The position numbers and the translations under genes are program-made. A stretch of DNA of 33,713 nt from Candidatus Peregrinibacteria bacterium (GTDB lineage Bacteria > Patescibacteriota > Gracilibacteria > UM-FILTER-43-11): the NCBI GenBank assembly GCA_030618315.1, contig JAUXDO010000002.1, forward strand, positions 1 through 33,713, given 5' to 3'. A model generated the notes under the pieces. The model ran no database searches. It was not told the origin of the DNA and worked only from the letters and a program-made list of their open reading frames with translations. The number at the start of each line of letters is the position of its first letter. Position 1 is the first letter of the stretch. Positions 9,663 through 18,594 of the stretch are shown one piece after another.

Positions 9663-10675
9663 TATTTAATACATTTTTCAGGTCCTACAACTTCATTACC
9701 GTCGATTATTTCAACACATTTACTGCATCCTTTCACAAGTTTGACGGTATTTTTTATATAATCGTAATCAAAAGTCGTTTCAAAAGAACATCCGGCATCA
9801 CCTGTTGATGCGTACACAGGCACTATGCTGTCTTTTCTTTTTCCAATATCATAAAATCCTGCTGAACAATCATGTACTTCGCCTAAAATATCTGCTTCCT
9901 GTAGTGATTTTTCTTGCGTGTAATATCTATAAATATTTCCTCTTGAACAATATGCACCAGAATTATATACAGCAATAACGAGTGACCCGTCCTTTGATAA
10001 ACACATGACCTGTATATTATTTGTGTCACCAGTTTGAGTATTAAAATCATCAAACCACACCTTACTGCTGTATTTATCAGCATCTCCGCAACTGGCAAAT
10101 GGGATTTCATTGGTATCTTCTTCGATTACTTCCGTTGGCACTTCAATTGTTAATGTTTCGACCATTTTTAATAATTCATCATTGTCCCGATCATCAAAAT
10201 AAACTTTAAGAGATATAATACGATTTCCGTTTTTTGCGTAGTATCCTGTTGTTGCATAATTTTCGTTAACTCTGATTTTTATGAAGTCATTGGTGCCGAT
10301 TGTTGTATTTTCATATGAAACAAAATCATTTTCCGCCACTTGTTCTAATGTGCTGTCTCCAAATGTAAAATCAGCGACAATATACTCCTCAAGAGATTTG
10401 TCAGTAATTTCTGATTTAACTTCAACATTTGGAATTTGGCATGTACTGCATTCCATAGGCGGATAAATGTGCTTTTCATACCCCTCTTCAGTCCAGACAC
10501 CCATGTTGTCGGCAGTATATTCACCCGGATAATTGAAGCTAAATCCTTCACCACTATAAACCTTGTCTGGAATTGTTGGTATTTCTTCGATAGGTTCTGG
10601 AGTGGCGCACCCAAGTAAGGCAAAGGCTATTAAAGCAAAGGAAAAGGAAAAGGCAAGGGATAGTAATTTTTTCAT
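9659..10675 (-). CDS. Putative lipoprotein, Cys-containing extracytoplasmic domains
   Basis: Signal peptide with lipobox LLGC; 'GFSFNYP' PsbP-like start; several Cys pairs. Confidence 0.8.
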   Translation of the reverse strand: MKKLLSLAFSFSFALIAFALLGCATPEPIEEIPTIPDKVYSGEGFSFNYPGEYTADNMGVWTEEGYEKHIYPPMECSTCQIPNVEVKSEITDKSLEEYIVADFTFGDSTLEQVAENDFVSYENTTIGTNDFIKIRVNENYATTGYYAKNGNRIISLKVYFDDRDNDELLKMVETLTIEVPTEVIEEDTNEIPFASCGDADKYSSKVWFDDFNTQTGDTNNIQVMCLSKDGSLVIAVYNSGAYCSRGNIYRYYTQEKSLQEADILGEVHDCSAGFYDIGKRKDSIVPVYASTGDAGCSFETTFDYDYIKNTVKLVKGCSKCVEIIDGNEVVGPEKCIKY

Positions 10676-10789
10676 AATATTTAGTTAATTAATATTGCCG
10701 AAAGACAGATTAGGTTTCATTTTATAAAAAATATCGATAAATATCAAATGTTATCCAAAATAATCTTTTAATAAAAACAAAATAATTAT

Positions 10790-10817
10790 TTGACAAATTT
10801 AAAAAAAACTGTACAAT
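10790..10817 (+). promoter_or_regulatory. sigma70 promoter
   Basis: TTGACA-16 nt-TACAAT upstream of ATG 10849. Confidence 0.6.
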
Positions 10818-10848
10818 TTATATCCGAATCTTATTAATTCTACATATT

Positions 10849-11559
10849 ATGAAAACTTTACGATTTATTTTATTAGTTCTTCTTGTTGCCTTATTGGTTG
10901 CACCAGCTGCATTCGCTAAGACAAAAACCCCTGTTTATATACAAAGTGCTGAGGTATATACCAAAAACCTCAATCAAGGTGTTCAGGCTGAAATAAAGGT
11001 GTGCAGTACTAATCAGTTCCGCACTAAATTTCAGGTTCATGTTGAAAACACTACTGTTAACGCTGAATATAAACGAAAATTATTGAGCATTGATAATGGA
11101 TGTCATTCATACACATTAAAATTCAATGACAAATTCTCAGATATTTCGACTGCTGGTGATGAAATGGTTTTTTCGTTAAGAAAAATACAAGCTCAAAGAG
11201 GTGAGGAAAAATTTGATGAACCAAAAACAGCGATAAGAACCGTTGAAGAAAGAGATACTGCGGAAACAGGATGCAGTGATCAAACTGGTGGAGATGATGT
11301 TTATACTGCCTGTGTTGGTGATTTTATAACTCATGAGCCAACCGGTCTTAGATTCAGAGTGAAAGCTTATGAAAAGAAGTATGTTGATTTAGTGGTTACC
11401 GGTGTTCGCTGGGGAGGTTCAGAGAAAGTCAGAATTTACACAGACAGAACAAAGAAAGTGATATCAGGAAACGAAAAATCAACAAGAGTTGAGATTACTC
11501 ATGTTGGCAGATCTGAAGATGGTGAAGTAGAATTACTGATTGAGACTACATCTAAATAA
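10849..11559 (+). CDS. Secreted hypothetical protein
   Basis: Sec signal peptide ending AFA-K; beta-rich mature region with 4 Cys. Confidence 0.8.
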   Translation: MKTLRFILLVLLVALLVAPAAFAKTKTPVYIQSAEVYTKNLNQGVQAEIKVCSTNQFRTKFQVHVENTTVNAEYKRKLLSIDNGCHSYTLKFNDKFSDISTAGDEMVFSLRKIQAQRGEEKFDEPKTAIRTVEERDTAETGCSDQTGGDDVYTACVGDFITHEPTGLRFRVKAYEKKYVDLVVTGVRWGGSEKVRIYTDRTKKVISGNEKSTRVEITHVGRSEDGEVELLIETTSK

Positions 11560-11682
11560 ACTCTAAATCCGAAGTTCGAAATTCTAAACAAATTTTAAAT
11601 ACGAAACTCCAATGATTCAAACAGTTTGGTCATTGGGGTTTTTATATTGTTTAGAGTTTAGATATCAGAATTTAGAATTTTT
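11558..11682. terminator. Long (~120 nt) imperfect hairpin made of short repeats between convergent genes
   Basis: aaactctaaat/atttagaattt, aaattctaaacaa/ttgtttagagttt, aaactccaatga/tcattggggttt nested arms. Confidence 0.55.
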
Positions 11683-11694
11683 GGAGTAATTAAT

Positions 11695-12012
11695 CTATCT
11701 AATATTTAGAAAAACAATGCCCAGGAGAACTGTTGCGATTCCTAAAAATTGCCAACCTGTAATATGTTCTTTAAATATAAAGTAGCCCATTTCTGTTACC
11801 AGAGCGACTGATATTGCTATCCACAACACGTTTGTAACTGCGGAACCTTCGTATTTAAGTGCTAATGCAAAAAAGAACCCCGCACCAGCAAATCCAAGAC
11901 AGCATCCAACCAGATAAATTGGTTTGTTAGTAATGCTCCACATTTTTCCGGCAAGTATGGCGAGTAAGTCGAGTGTATTGATTAGCGCGATGTAGATGTA
12001 GAATTTGGTCAT
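11695..12012 (-). CDS. SMR/DMT family small membrane transporter
   Basis: 105 aa, four TM segments, W..IS...G.FIFKE.IT..Q..GI...LLG signature. Confidence 0.85.
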   Translation of the reverse strand: MTKFYIYIALINTLDLLAILAGKMWSITNKPIYLVGCCLGFAGAGFFFALALKYEGSAVTNVLWIAISVALVTEMGYFIFKEHITGWQFLGIATVLLGIVFLNIR

Positions 12013-12073
12013 AAAACACTATTTATTTAACATAAATAGTGTAGGCAAAGGCAAGGGCAAAGGCAAGGATAGT

Positions 12074-12676
12074 TTACTCTTCCTCCCACTCAACATCATC
12101 TGGATCCATTGGTTCTCCTGACGGCATAAGCATCTTCAAACCATCGTCATCCTCTCCTGCCGAAACGTCTGGATGTGCTTCCACAAACTCCTCGCTCTGA
12201 ATATGCTCCAGAATGACTTTTTCTAAATTATCAAGTAATTGCTTTGGAGCCTCGATTTGCATCATTTCGAAAGCCAGTAACATGCTGGGTATCTGATCAA
12301 GTGGTGTTGGCATACCCATCTCAGCCATCTCAACAGCGCTTTCAATATCAGCATGAACCTCTTCCAAAGTTTCCGGACTTAATTCGCCCGATAGCAGAAA
12401 CATGCCTTCTAAATCTTCATCATGACATTTAAATACGAATAATGCCTCATCTGTTCCTTCTTTTGTTTCATCGTAAGTAACTGCAAAAATTTTCCGTGGA
12501 TCATTTCCTCGATAAAATCCGACAATAGTGAGTCCGTCTTTTCCAATATCACCGATTGTCAACTTATGATCTATGACTCCTTGCATAAGTGGTGCACTGG
12601 TAATCGATTCATCGATTTCAATGTCCTCTTCTGCCAACTTGGCCATAAGGTCTGAATTTTCTCTATAATTTTCCAT
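12074..12676 (-). CDS. Hypothetical highly acidic protein, likely co-transcribed with the upstream ATPase
   Basis: 200-aa ORF starting 15 nt after the ATPase stop. Confidence 0.75.
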   Translation of the reverse strand: MENYRENSDLMAKLAEEDIEIDESITSAPLMQGVIDHKLTIGDIGKDGLTIVGFYRGNDPRKIFAVTYDETKEGTDEALFVFKCHDEDLEGMFLLSGELSPETLEEVHADIESAVEMAEMGMPTPLDQIPSMLLAFEMMQIEAPKQLLDNLEKVILEHIQSEEFVEAHPDVSAGEDDDGLKMLMPSGEPMDPDDVEWEEE

Positions 12677-12691
12677 GGCGCTGTTGGTTAA

Positions 12692-15508
12692 TTATTTTTT
12701 GTGAGGCTGTTTACCTCCTTCTTTTTTGTGACTGTCGTGTTTTGACTTTTGGTTATCGGGTTTCTTTTCGGATTTGTTATCCTGTTTTTGATTATCGGAC
12801 TTCTGATTATCAGGCTTACCTCCCGGCTTTTTATTATCTCCGCCAGAGGTGGATCCGCCTGAGGAGGAGGATTTTTTATAATCCCTCTTTCCGTTATCAT
12901 CTTTTCCGCCTTCAAGTTTTTTTGGTGGCTGAGCCCATCTAAGGATTTTATCTTCAACAACTTCACGTGGTTTACAGTAGCGTTCACGGGATAAACGGAC
13001 TATTTTTTCTCGTCGCTCTTCATCTATATCAACATCCTGAGGAGGAAGTGTAGAAAGTGAAAATGTCTGACTCGGCATTCCGTCAATCATCAATTTTGTA
13101 TAACAATTATATTTAGGGAGAGTGATTATGTCGTTTGGAAGAACTTCTTCAGAGAATTGATTTGAGAAATACTCCGCATCATCAAAACCTACTTGGAAAC
13201 AAAGACTTGTACCCACATTACCGAACACTGCATCGCGAACTTCATCCGGCATTTGCGCTACATACTGATTGGCCATTGTAAGATTAAGTTTATATTTACG
13301 AGCCTCAGAGAGGATTGTTGCGAAAGCATCTGTGGCGAAATTTTGGAATTCATCTACATATAAATAGAAATCTGTTCTATCCTTTTCTGCAGTATCCGCA
13401 CGACTCATCGCATCAAGCTGGAACTTGGTAATTAGCATTGAACCGAGAAGCGAAGAATTATCTTCACCGATTTTACCCTTGGAAAGATTCACAATAATTA
13501 TTTTCTTACTATCCATCATAAAACGGATATTTACAGTAGATTTAACCTGACCGACTATATTTCGTATCATGCTGGATGATAAAAACTGACCAACTTTATT
13601 TTGAATTGGCGACACTGCCTCAGTTCTTTGCCTATCCTGCCACTTATCAAATTCATCTTCCCAGAAACTCCTTACCATTGGATTTTGAATCTTTTCTACG
13701 ACCTTTTTTCTATAACTTTTGTCTACAAGTATTCTCATGATTCCAAGCATGGAAGTATTTGGATATTCCACGAGAGAAAGTAAACAGTTACGAAGTATGT
13801 GTTCAAGTCTAGGCCCCCAGCTTTCTGCATACATCTTTTTAAATACACCAAGTAATCCTGATGCCATCAGATTCCTCTTATTTGGATCATCAACATCTTC
13901 CAGCATATTAAAAGCAAATGGATGAGAAACGTCTGATGGGTCGAGAATAACAACATCATTAATTCTGTGAGATGGCACTGAACTGATAACCGTTTCTGCA
14001 AGATCACCGTGCGGATCTATTACGGCAACACCTTTTCCTGCCTGCACATCAGACTGCACCATGTTTTCCAAAAGTACGGACTTACCCATACCGGTTTTAC
14101 CGATAATATATATGTGTCTTCTTCGGTCAATCGTTTTTATTCCAAATAATTCACGATTGCCTCTAAAATTAGTTTTACCGATAATCGTCAATTCATTATC
14201 CGGAATAGTACCAGGAACCGGAAGGTCATTTGGCGGTTCAAGTTTTCTGGATGTAACCCAATGAACGTTTGGAGTTTTTACTTCCATTGAAGGCATATGA
14301 TATAGTGTGGCAATTTCTTCAACATTCATAAACATCGGGTCTATAACCGCACGCTTTTGGTAACGCTTTAGTATCTGAGAATTGTTTTTATTAATTCTGG
14401 CAATTTCAAAACCATTCAGATTTGGCAGATCAAATTGCTTAAGACTGCCGAAAATTTCATTTATTTTAACCTCTGCCATATCAATGTTTTCATGACGAGG
14501 CATATAAACTATCCGGATATTTGTTTCAAATGTTAACCGCGTGACTTTGTCTACAGCTGCGGATATTGGATCTTCGCGGTCATGAGTTCGTGACACCTCC
14601 TCGCCTAAATCCTGATCTGAACTACTCTTCATGCTTAAATTAGATGTTTTAAACCCACGAATTGACCAAAAAAACAGATAAAGAGGACTATAAAATAACC
14701 GCTTCCAAAAACCTCTGGCTAGATAAATATTTGTTGCGAACTTATTAAGCCAAAACACGTTATTAAAGAGTCCGTTGCTGACTATTTTTAAACATTTTAA
14801 ACCTCTCTTTCTCCACCAATCTCCTGTCGGCTTCATTGTAATCTGAATCCAGGCTTGCTCATCTGTAGCGTTTAATTTGGAGAGTGTTGCTGTAATACCA
14901 GCAAGCGGTTCGGTTGCAATTCTTGTTAACTTATCTTCAAATTGAGGATATCTTTTTATAGGATATATATCCGGGTCATCAAATTTAAGTTCCGCAGTAA
15001 CTGCGATACGCATTTGTGGCTTCTTTTTCTGGATTACTGCCGGCAAGGTTGCCCCTTTCGGTGCTGGAGTGTCATCGACAATTTTCTCACTTGCCTGAAC
15101 CAGTTTTTCATATGCGGATAACTGAACGCTTGTATAATCCTCCACTTCCTCAATTTCCACATCTGGATACTGTGCATAAATCTGACTTTCAATTACATTC
15201 TTATACTTTTTTGGTACCCAGATAAAGAACTGTATTTGATTATTTACATTCGCAATTTCCAAACTGATTCTTGGCCTTGTCCTTCCAGCCAGATAATCCC
15301 AAATACCATGATTCTCTCCGATTCCATGAAGAGCGGAATATATATGTTCAGCAACAATAGGCCCCTTTTCATTTAATCTGGAAACAGCGACACGAAAAAC
15401 CACAGATTCTGTTGAGTTTTCATAAGAAGTCCGACGAATACTAAGATAAATTCGGAATATTATATACAGGGCTATGATGGCGAAAATTACGAGAAGAGGA
15501 TTTATCAT
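12692..15508 (-). CDS. VirD4/TraG-like (type IV coupling protein/HerA-FtsK superfamily) membrane-anchored ATPase
   Basis: N-terminal TM; RRRHIYIIGKTGMGKS Walker A, VIDPHGDL, YLYVDEFQNF Walker B, SEARKY.L.LT.ANQ, FGNVGT; Lys-rich repetitive tail. Confidence 0.9.
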   Translation of the reverse strand: MINPLLVIFAIIALYIIFRIYLSIRRTSYENSTESVVFRVAVSRLNEKGPIVAEHIYSALHGIGENHGIWDYLAGRTRPRISLEIANVNNQIQFFIWVPKKYKNVIESQIYAQYPDVEIEEVEDYTSVQLSAYEKLVQASEKIVDDTPAPKGATLPAVIQKKKPQMRIAVTAELKFDDPDIYPIKRYPQFEDKLTRIATEPLAGITATLSKLNATDEQAWIQITMKPTGDWWRKRGLKCLKIVSNGLFNNVFWLNKFATNIYLARGFWKRLFYSPLYLFFWSIRGFKTSNLSMKSSSDQDLGEEVSRTHDREDPISAAVDKVTRLTFETNIRIVYMPRHENIDMAEVKINEIFGSLKQFDLPNLNGFEIARINKNNSQILKRYQKRAVIDPMFMNVEEIATLYHMPSMEVKTPNVHWVTSRKLEPPNDLPVPGTIPDNELTIIGKTNFRGNRELFGIKTIDRRRHIYIIGKTGMGKSVLLENMVQSDVQAGKGVAVIDPHGDLAETVISSVPSHRINDVVILDPSDVSHPFAFNMLEDVDDPNKRNLMASGLLGVFKKMYAESWGPRLEHILRNCLLSLVEYPNTSMLGIMRILVDKSYRKKVVEKIQNPMVRSFWEDEFDKWQDRQRTEAVSPIQNKVGQFLSSSMIRNIVGQVKSTVNIRFMMDSKKIIIVNLSKGKIGEDNSSLLGSMLITKFQLDAMSRADTAEKDRTDFYLYVDEFQNFATDAFATILSEARKYKLNLTMANQYVAQMPDEVRDAVFGNVGTSLCFQVGFDDAEYFSNQFSEEVLPNDIITLPKYNCYTKLMIDGMPSQTFSLSTLPPQDVDIDEERREKIVRLSRERYCKPREVVEDKILRWAQPPKKLEGGKDDNGKRDYKKSSSSGGSTSGGDNKKPGGKPDNQKSDNQKQDNKSEKKPDNQKSKHDSHKKEGGKQPHKK
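12839..12868 (-). repeat. In-frame GC-rich palindromic element encoding SSSGGSTSGG
   Basis: Minus strand tcctcctcaggcggatccacctctggcgga; second copy of the element at 4845-4874. Confidence 0.75.
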
Positions 15509-15587
15509 TTTTTTATTTTCTTATATTTTGTTTATTTTACAGGATTTTCATCAAAATGCATAATCTTGCTTAAATATCTTGGGTTTG

Positions 15588-15616
15588 ATTATACTATATA
15601 TAAATTCTTTTGTCAA
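15588..15616 (-). promoter_or_regulatory. Perfect-consensus sigma70 promoter for the VirD4-like ATPase
   Basis: Minus strand TTGACA-17 nt-TATAAT. Confidence 0.75.
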
Positions 15617-15619
15617 TGT

Positions 15620-16411
15620 TTATCTGATACTTTTTATTGTTGATTCAATTTTTTTTCGAGCTTCTCCTACAATAGGTTCGAACTCCCTCATTGTATTTGT
15701 CATTAATATTTGGAATTCTGAATCTCCAATAAGTTCATCCTCAATCACTTCATACCCTTCATTATCAATGCGTACCATGTGTGGATCATAATTATAAACA
15801 GTGTCATTTAGGGGCCTTCTTGGTTTGCTTCCTTGATATCCTGCATTTGCATCTTCTTTAGCTGAGTCATAAGTTAAATCTATTGAAAATGAGGCTATTG
15901 TCTTTTTCTTTTTTTTGTCAAAAATATCTATCCAGCAATCAATCCCCCCAACATAGTCTAGCCACTTATCTCCAACTGAAGATAAAAATCTTACTTCTAA
16001 AAACTCATCATTAGGATCAATGCCAAGTCTTTTTTCAATTGACTCAATAATACCTCTGGCAAATTTAGATTGTGGAACACGTGAATTTTTGGTTCTTATT
16101 TGCTGTCTGGAAACTCTTTCCATTTGCTTTTCTAGCGCCCCCTTCTTTCTGAGCTGTTTTGCTAGCTCTTCCTTGCCTTCAGAAATTATGTATGTTTTAG
16201 TCTTTTCGTCGTTACCTCCAAACTTATTGTGTAATAATTTTGAAGCTTCAGCTCTACCATGATTTCTTATAAGAGCTTTAATCCCCACTTCTAACGCCTC
16301 CCTCTTATAGGTTTCGTAATCTGTTGGATGTTTTATCTTTCCAGCTAGTATTGCCTCACGATCCTTTCCATTAAGAACTGTTGGGCGTCTGCTTTTTGAA
16401 CGTTTACTCAT
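15620..16411 (-). CDS. Hypothetical protein, possibly PD-(D/E)XK-like C-terminal fold
   Basis: 263 aa; LD...GIDCWI...SIDLT...K pattern; fold assignment is inference. Confidence 0.7.
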   Translation of the reverse strand: MSKRSKSRRPTVLNGKDREAILAGKIKHPTDYETYKREALEVGIKALIRNHGRAEASKLLHNKFGGNDEKTKTYIISEGKEELAKQLRKKGALEKQMERVSRQQIRTKNSRVPQSKFARGIIESIEKRLGIDPNDEFLEVRFLSSVGDKWLDYVGGIDCWIDIFDKKKKKTIASFSIDLTYDSAKEDANAGYQGSKPRRPLNDTVYNYDPHMVRIDNEGYEVIEDELIGDSEFQILMTNTMREFEPIVGEARKKIESTIKSIR

Positions 16412-16475
16412 CGGTAAAGAATAATAATAAATTATATTATATTATAATAGCATTTTTTAAGTTTTTTTGCAAGGA

Positions 16476-16769
16476 TTATACTCCTCTCACCCTTCCGTCT
16501 TCAGTTTCACATTCAATCTTTGTTATTTGAGACAATCTTGCGAAAGCATCGGCAATATATTCTCTGCTGGACAGTAATTTATCAAATAAATTGCGTATTT
16601 CTCCTTCAGAAACCAGATGAGCGTATCTTCCGGCAAAAATTACGTACGATTTAGCCCTGCCTTCATGCAAATGCATCCTTAATTCTCCGTCATAATCTAC
16701 CAGCTCTAGTAAACATTCATCTTTTTCAGCAGACTCAACTACCCTATGTTTTTCTGCCTCAGTGGTCAT
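16476..16769 (-). CDS. Hypothetical protein
   Basis: 97-aa ORF; upstream TTGACC-17-TAAAAT on minus at 16823..16795. Confidence 0.65.
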   Translation of the reverse strand: MTTEAEKHRVVESAEKDECLLELVDYDGELRMHLHEGRAKSYVIFAGRYAHLVSEGEIRNLFDKLLSSREYIADAFARLSQITKIECETEDGRVRGV

Positions 16770-16918
16770 TAATCTTATAGTTTAAAAGGATGATATTTTA
16801 ACAGTATTTTGATGATTGGTCAAAGAACTACCATTGACACACTATAATAATGTTATTTAATAACTTCTTTTTTAAATAGTTTAGATGGAGTAAAATGTTT
16901 TCGCATGATAATCCAATG

Positions 16919-17002
16919 GTGGCTCGAATAGTGGCTCAGCTTCGCGTGGCTCGAATAGTGGACCACAACTGGAGCCACCATATGAGCCACAACTTGAGCC
17001 AC
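16919..17002 (+). repeat. Inverted array of 7-mers in the miaB leader
   Basis: GTGGCTC x3 (16919, 16931, 16946), central GTGGACCAC, GAGCCAC x3 (16972, 16984, 16996); ends 3 nt before ATG 17006. Confidence 0.85.
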
Positions 17003-17005
17003 AAT

Positions 17006-18337
17006 ATGAAATACTTTATTCAAACCTACGGTTGCCAAATGAACTATTCGGATTCCGAGAGGCTTGTTACTGTGCTTAAAAAACTGGGATATGAGGAATG
17101 TGATCATTATAGTAAGGCTGATCTTGTGATTCTGAATACCTGTTCGGTTAAACAAAATGCTGATAATAGGATCTATGGGCTTGGGGAACCATTTGCAGAA
17201 CTTAAAAAGAAAAACCCGAAACTCAAAATTGGTATTACTGGTTGTGCAATTCGTAAGTGCACTGGTATTCGGGGGGAATGCAAAGAGGAGATATTCAGGA
17301 GAATGGAAACTGTTGATTTCGTGTTCCGCATTAAGGATTTAATGCAATTACCGGACATTTTAAGAAAGCTCCATCATGTGGAAGGTGCAAATGAAATAAA
17401 AGATCTACTTCACTACTTCGATATAAATCCAACTATCACTAATATTGCTCAGGTTTTCATACCGATTATGGATGGCTGTAATAATTTTTGTTCATATTGC
17501 ATTGTTCCGTACGCAAGAGGGATGGAGGAGAGCAGAAATATACGGGAGATATTGGATGAGGTAGAAAAAATGGCTAAAAGAGGTGCAAAAGAAATAAATT
17601 TGGTAGGACAAAATGTAAATACTTTTAAGCCATCAGATGTCGATTCTAAATCAGATGAAACACCATTTACTCAATTGCTTAGAAAAATTGATAAAGTTAA
17701 TGGAATTGATAGAATTCGATTTTTTACAGTTCATCCAAAAGACATGACGGATGATGTGATTAATTTGTATGGGGAATTAAAGAGCATGGTCCCACATCTT
17801 CATCTACCCGTTCAATCCGGCTCTGACGCGGTTTTAAAAAGGATGAATAGACTTTATACGGTTGAAAGATTTAAAGAATTGGCAAAAAAAATGAGAAAAC
17901 GCATTCCAAACATCTCTATTACAACTGATATTATTGTTGGTTTTTGCGGTGAGACGGAGGATGAATTTATGGAAAGCTATAATTTGATTAAAGATGAGAA
18001 AATAGACCTTGTTTATGTATCAAAATATTCTGAAAGACCTGGAACATCAGCTCAAAAAGAGCAAAAAGATGATATTTCGGATGATATTAAGAAAGACAGG
18101 TTTGAGCGGATTACTGAGGTGATGAAAGATGTTTCACATGAATACAATCAGCAATTTTTAGGTAAAACAGTACAAGTTCTTATTGAAAAAGTGGATAAAG
18201 GATTCGCGAGCGGTAAGATCCCTGAATTTAAAGTGTGCAGATTTCCATCTGATAATCAAAATTTGATTGGAGAGTATGTAAATGTGAAGGTTAAAAAAGC
18301 TATGGAATGGTGTCTTGACGGAAGCGTTGCTTCCTAA
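17006..18337 (+). CDS. miaB: tRNA-i6A37 methylthiotransferase MiaB
   Basis: KYFIQTYGCQMNYSDSE, LNTCSV, GITGC, CNNFCSYCIVP, HLPVQSGS, TDIIVGF.GET, YSERPGT, TRAM domain; start moved from 16895 to ATG 17006 because the extension is repeat-derived. Confidence 0.93.
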   Translation: MKYFIQTYGCQMNYSDSERLVTVLKKLGYEECDHYSKADLVILNTCSVKQNADNRIYGLGEPFAELKKKNPKLKIGITGCAIRKCTGIRGECKEEIFRRMETVDFVFRIKDLMQLPDILRKLHHVEGANEIKDLLHYFDINPTITNIAQVFIPIMDGCNNFCSYCIVPYARGMEESRNIREILDEVEKMAKRGAKEINLVGQNVNTFKPSDVDSKSDETPFTQLLRKIDKVNGIDRIRFFTVHPKDMTDDVINLYGELKSMVPHLHLPVQSGSDAVLKRMNRLYTVERFKELAKKMRKRIPNISITTDIIVGFCGETEDEFMESYNLIKDEKIDLVYVSKYSERPGTSAQKEQKDDISDDIKKDRFERITEVMKDVSHEYNQQFLGKTVQVLIEKVDKGFASGKIPEFKVCRFPSDNQNLIGEYVNVKVKKAMEWCLDGSVAS

Positions 18338-18340
18338 TTC

Positions 18341-18435
18341 AAAATTAAAGATTGAAGATTGAAAATTCATGTAGTAATAAGACATAGTATAATTTAGAAT
18401 AATCTTGAATCTTGAATCTTCAATTTTTAATTTTT
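18341..18435. terminator. Long hairpin built from heptamer repeats after miaB
   Basis: aaaattaaagattgaagattgaaaattc ... gaataatcttgaatcttgaatcttcaatttttaatttt. Confidence 0.55.
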
Positions 18436-18440
18436 AATAT

Positions 18441-18588
18441 AAAATAAGTTATCTGTTTTTACAAAAAATGAAGCAAAATAAGTTATCTGTGCTTGTTGCA
18501 TTTATGGCTAAGATAAGTAGTTACTTGTATTTTAATTTTATATATGATATAATTAAAATGTAAATTTTTGCATCAAAATAAGTTATCT
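18441..18588 (+). promoter_or_regulatory. fic promoter flanked by three identical 14-nt direct repeats
   Basis: AAAATAAGTTATCT at 18441, 18475 and 18575; TTGTAT(18525)-17-TATAAT(18548) with TG extension. Confidence 0.7.
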
Positions 18589-18594
18589 ATATTA

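Noticed and set aside
12013..12073. Guanidine riboswitch upstream of the SMR gene
   Set aside because: Only one AT-rich hairpin; no tandem ACGR-loop hairpins or ykkC-like core
12692..15508. Conjugative element/ICE around the VirD4-like gene
   Set aside because: No relaxase, integrase, VirB genes or att repeats seen in the window
16834..16848. TTGACA and TATAAT adjacent upstream of miaB
   Set aside because: Only 3 nt apart, so they cannot be the -35/-10 pair of one promoter; the miaB promoter was left uncalled
16895..17005. 37-aa N-terminal extension of MiaB
   Set aside because: Translation of the inverted repeat array; the conserved MiaB N-terminus begins at MKYFIQTYGCQMN (17006)
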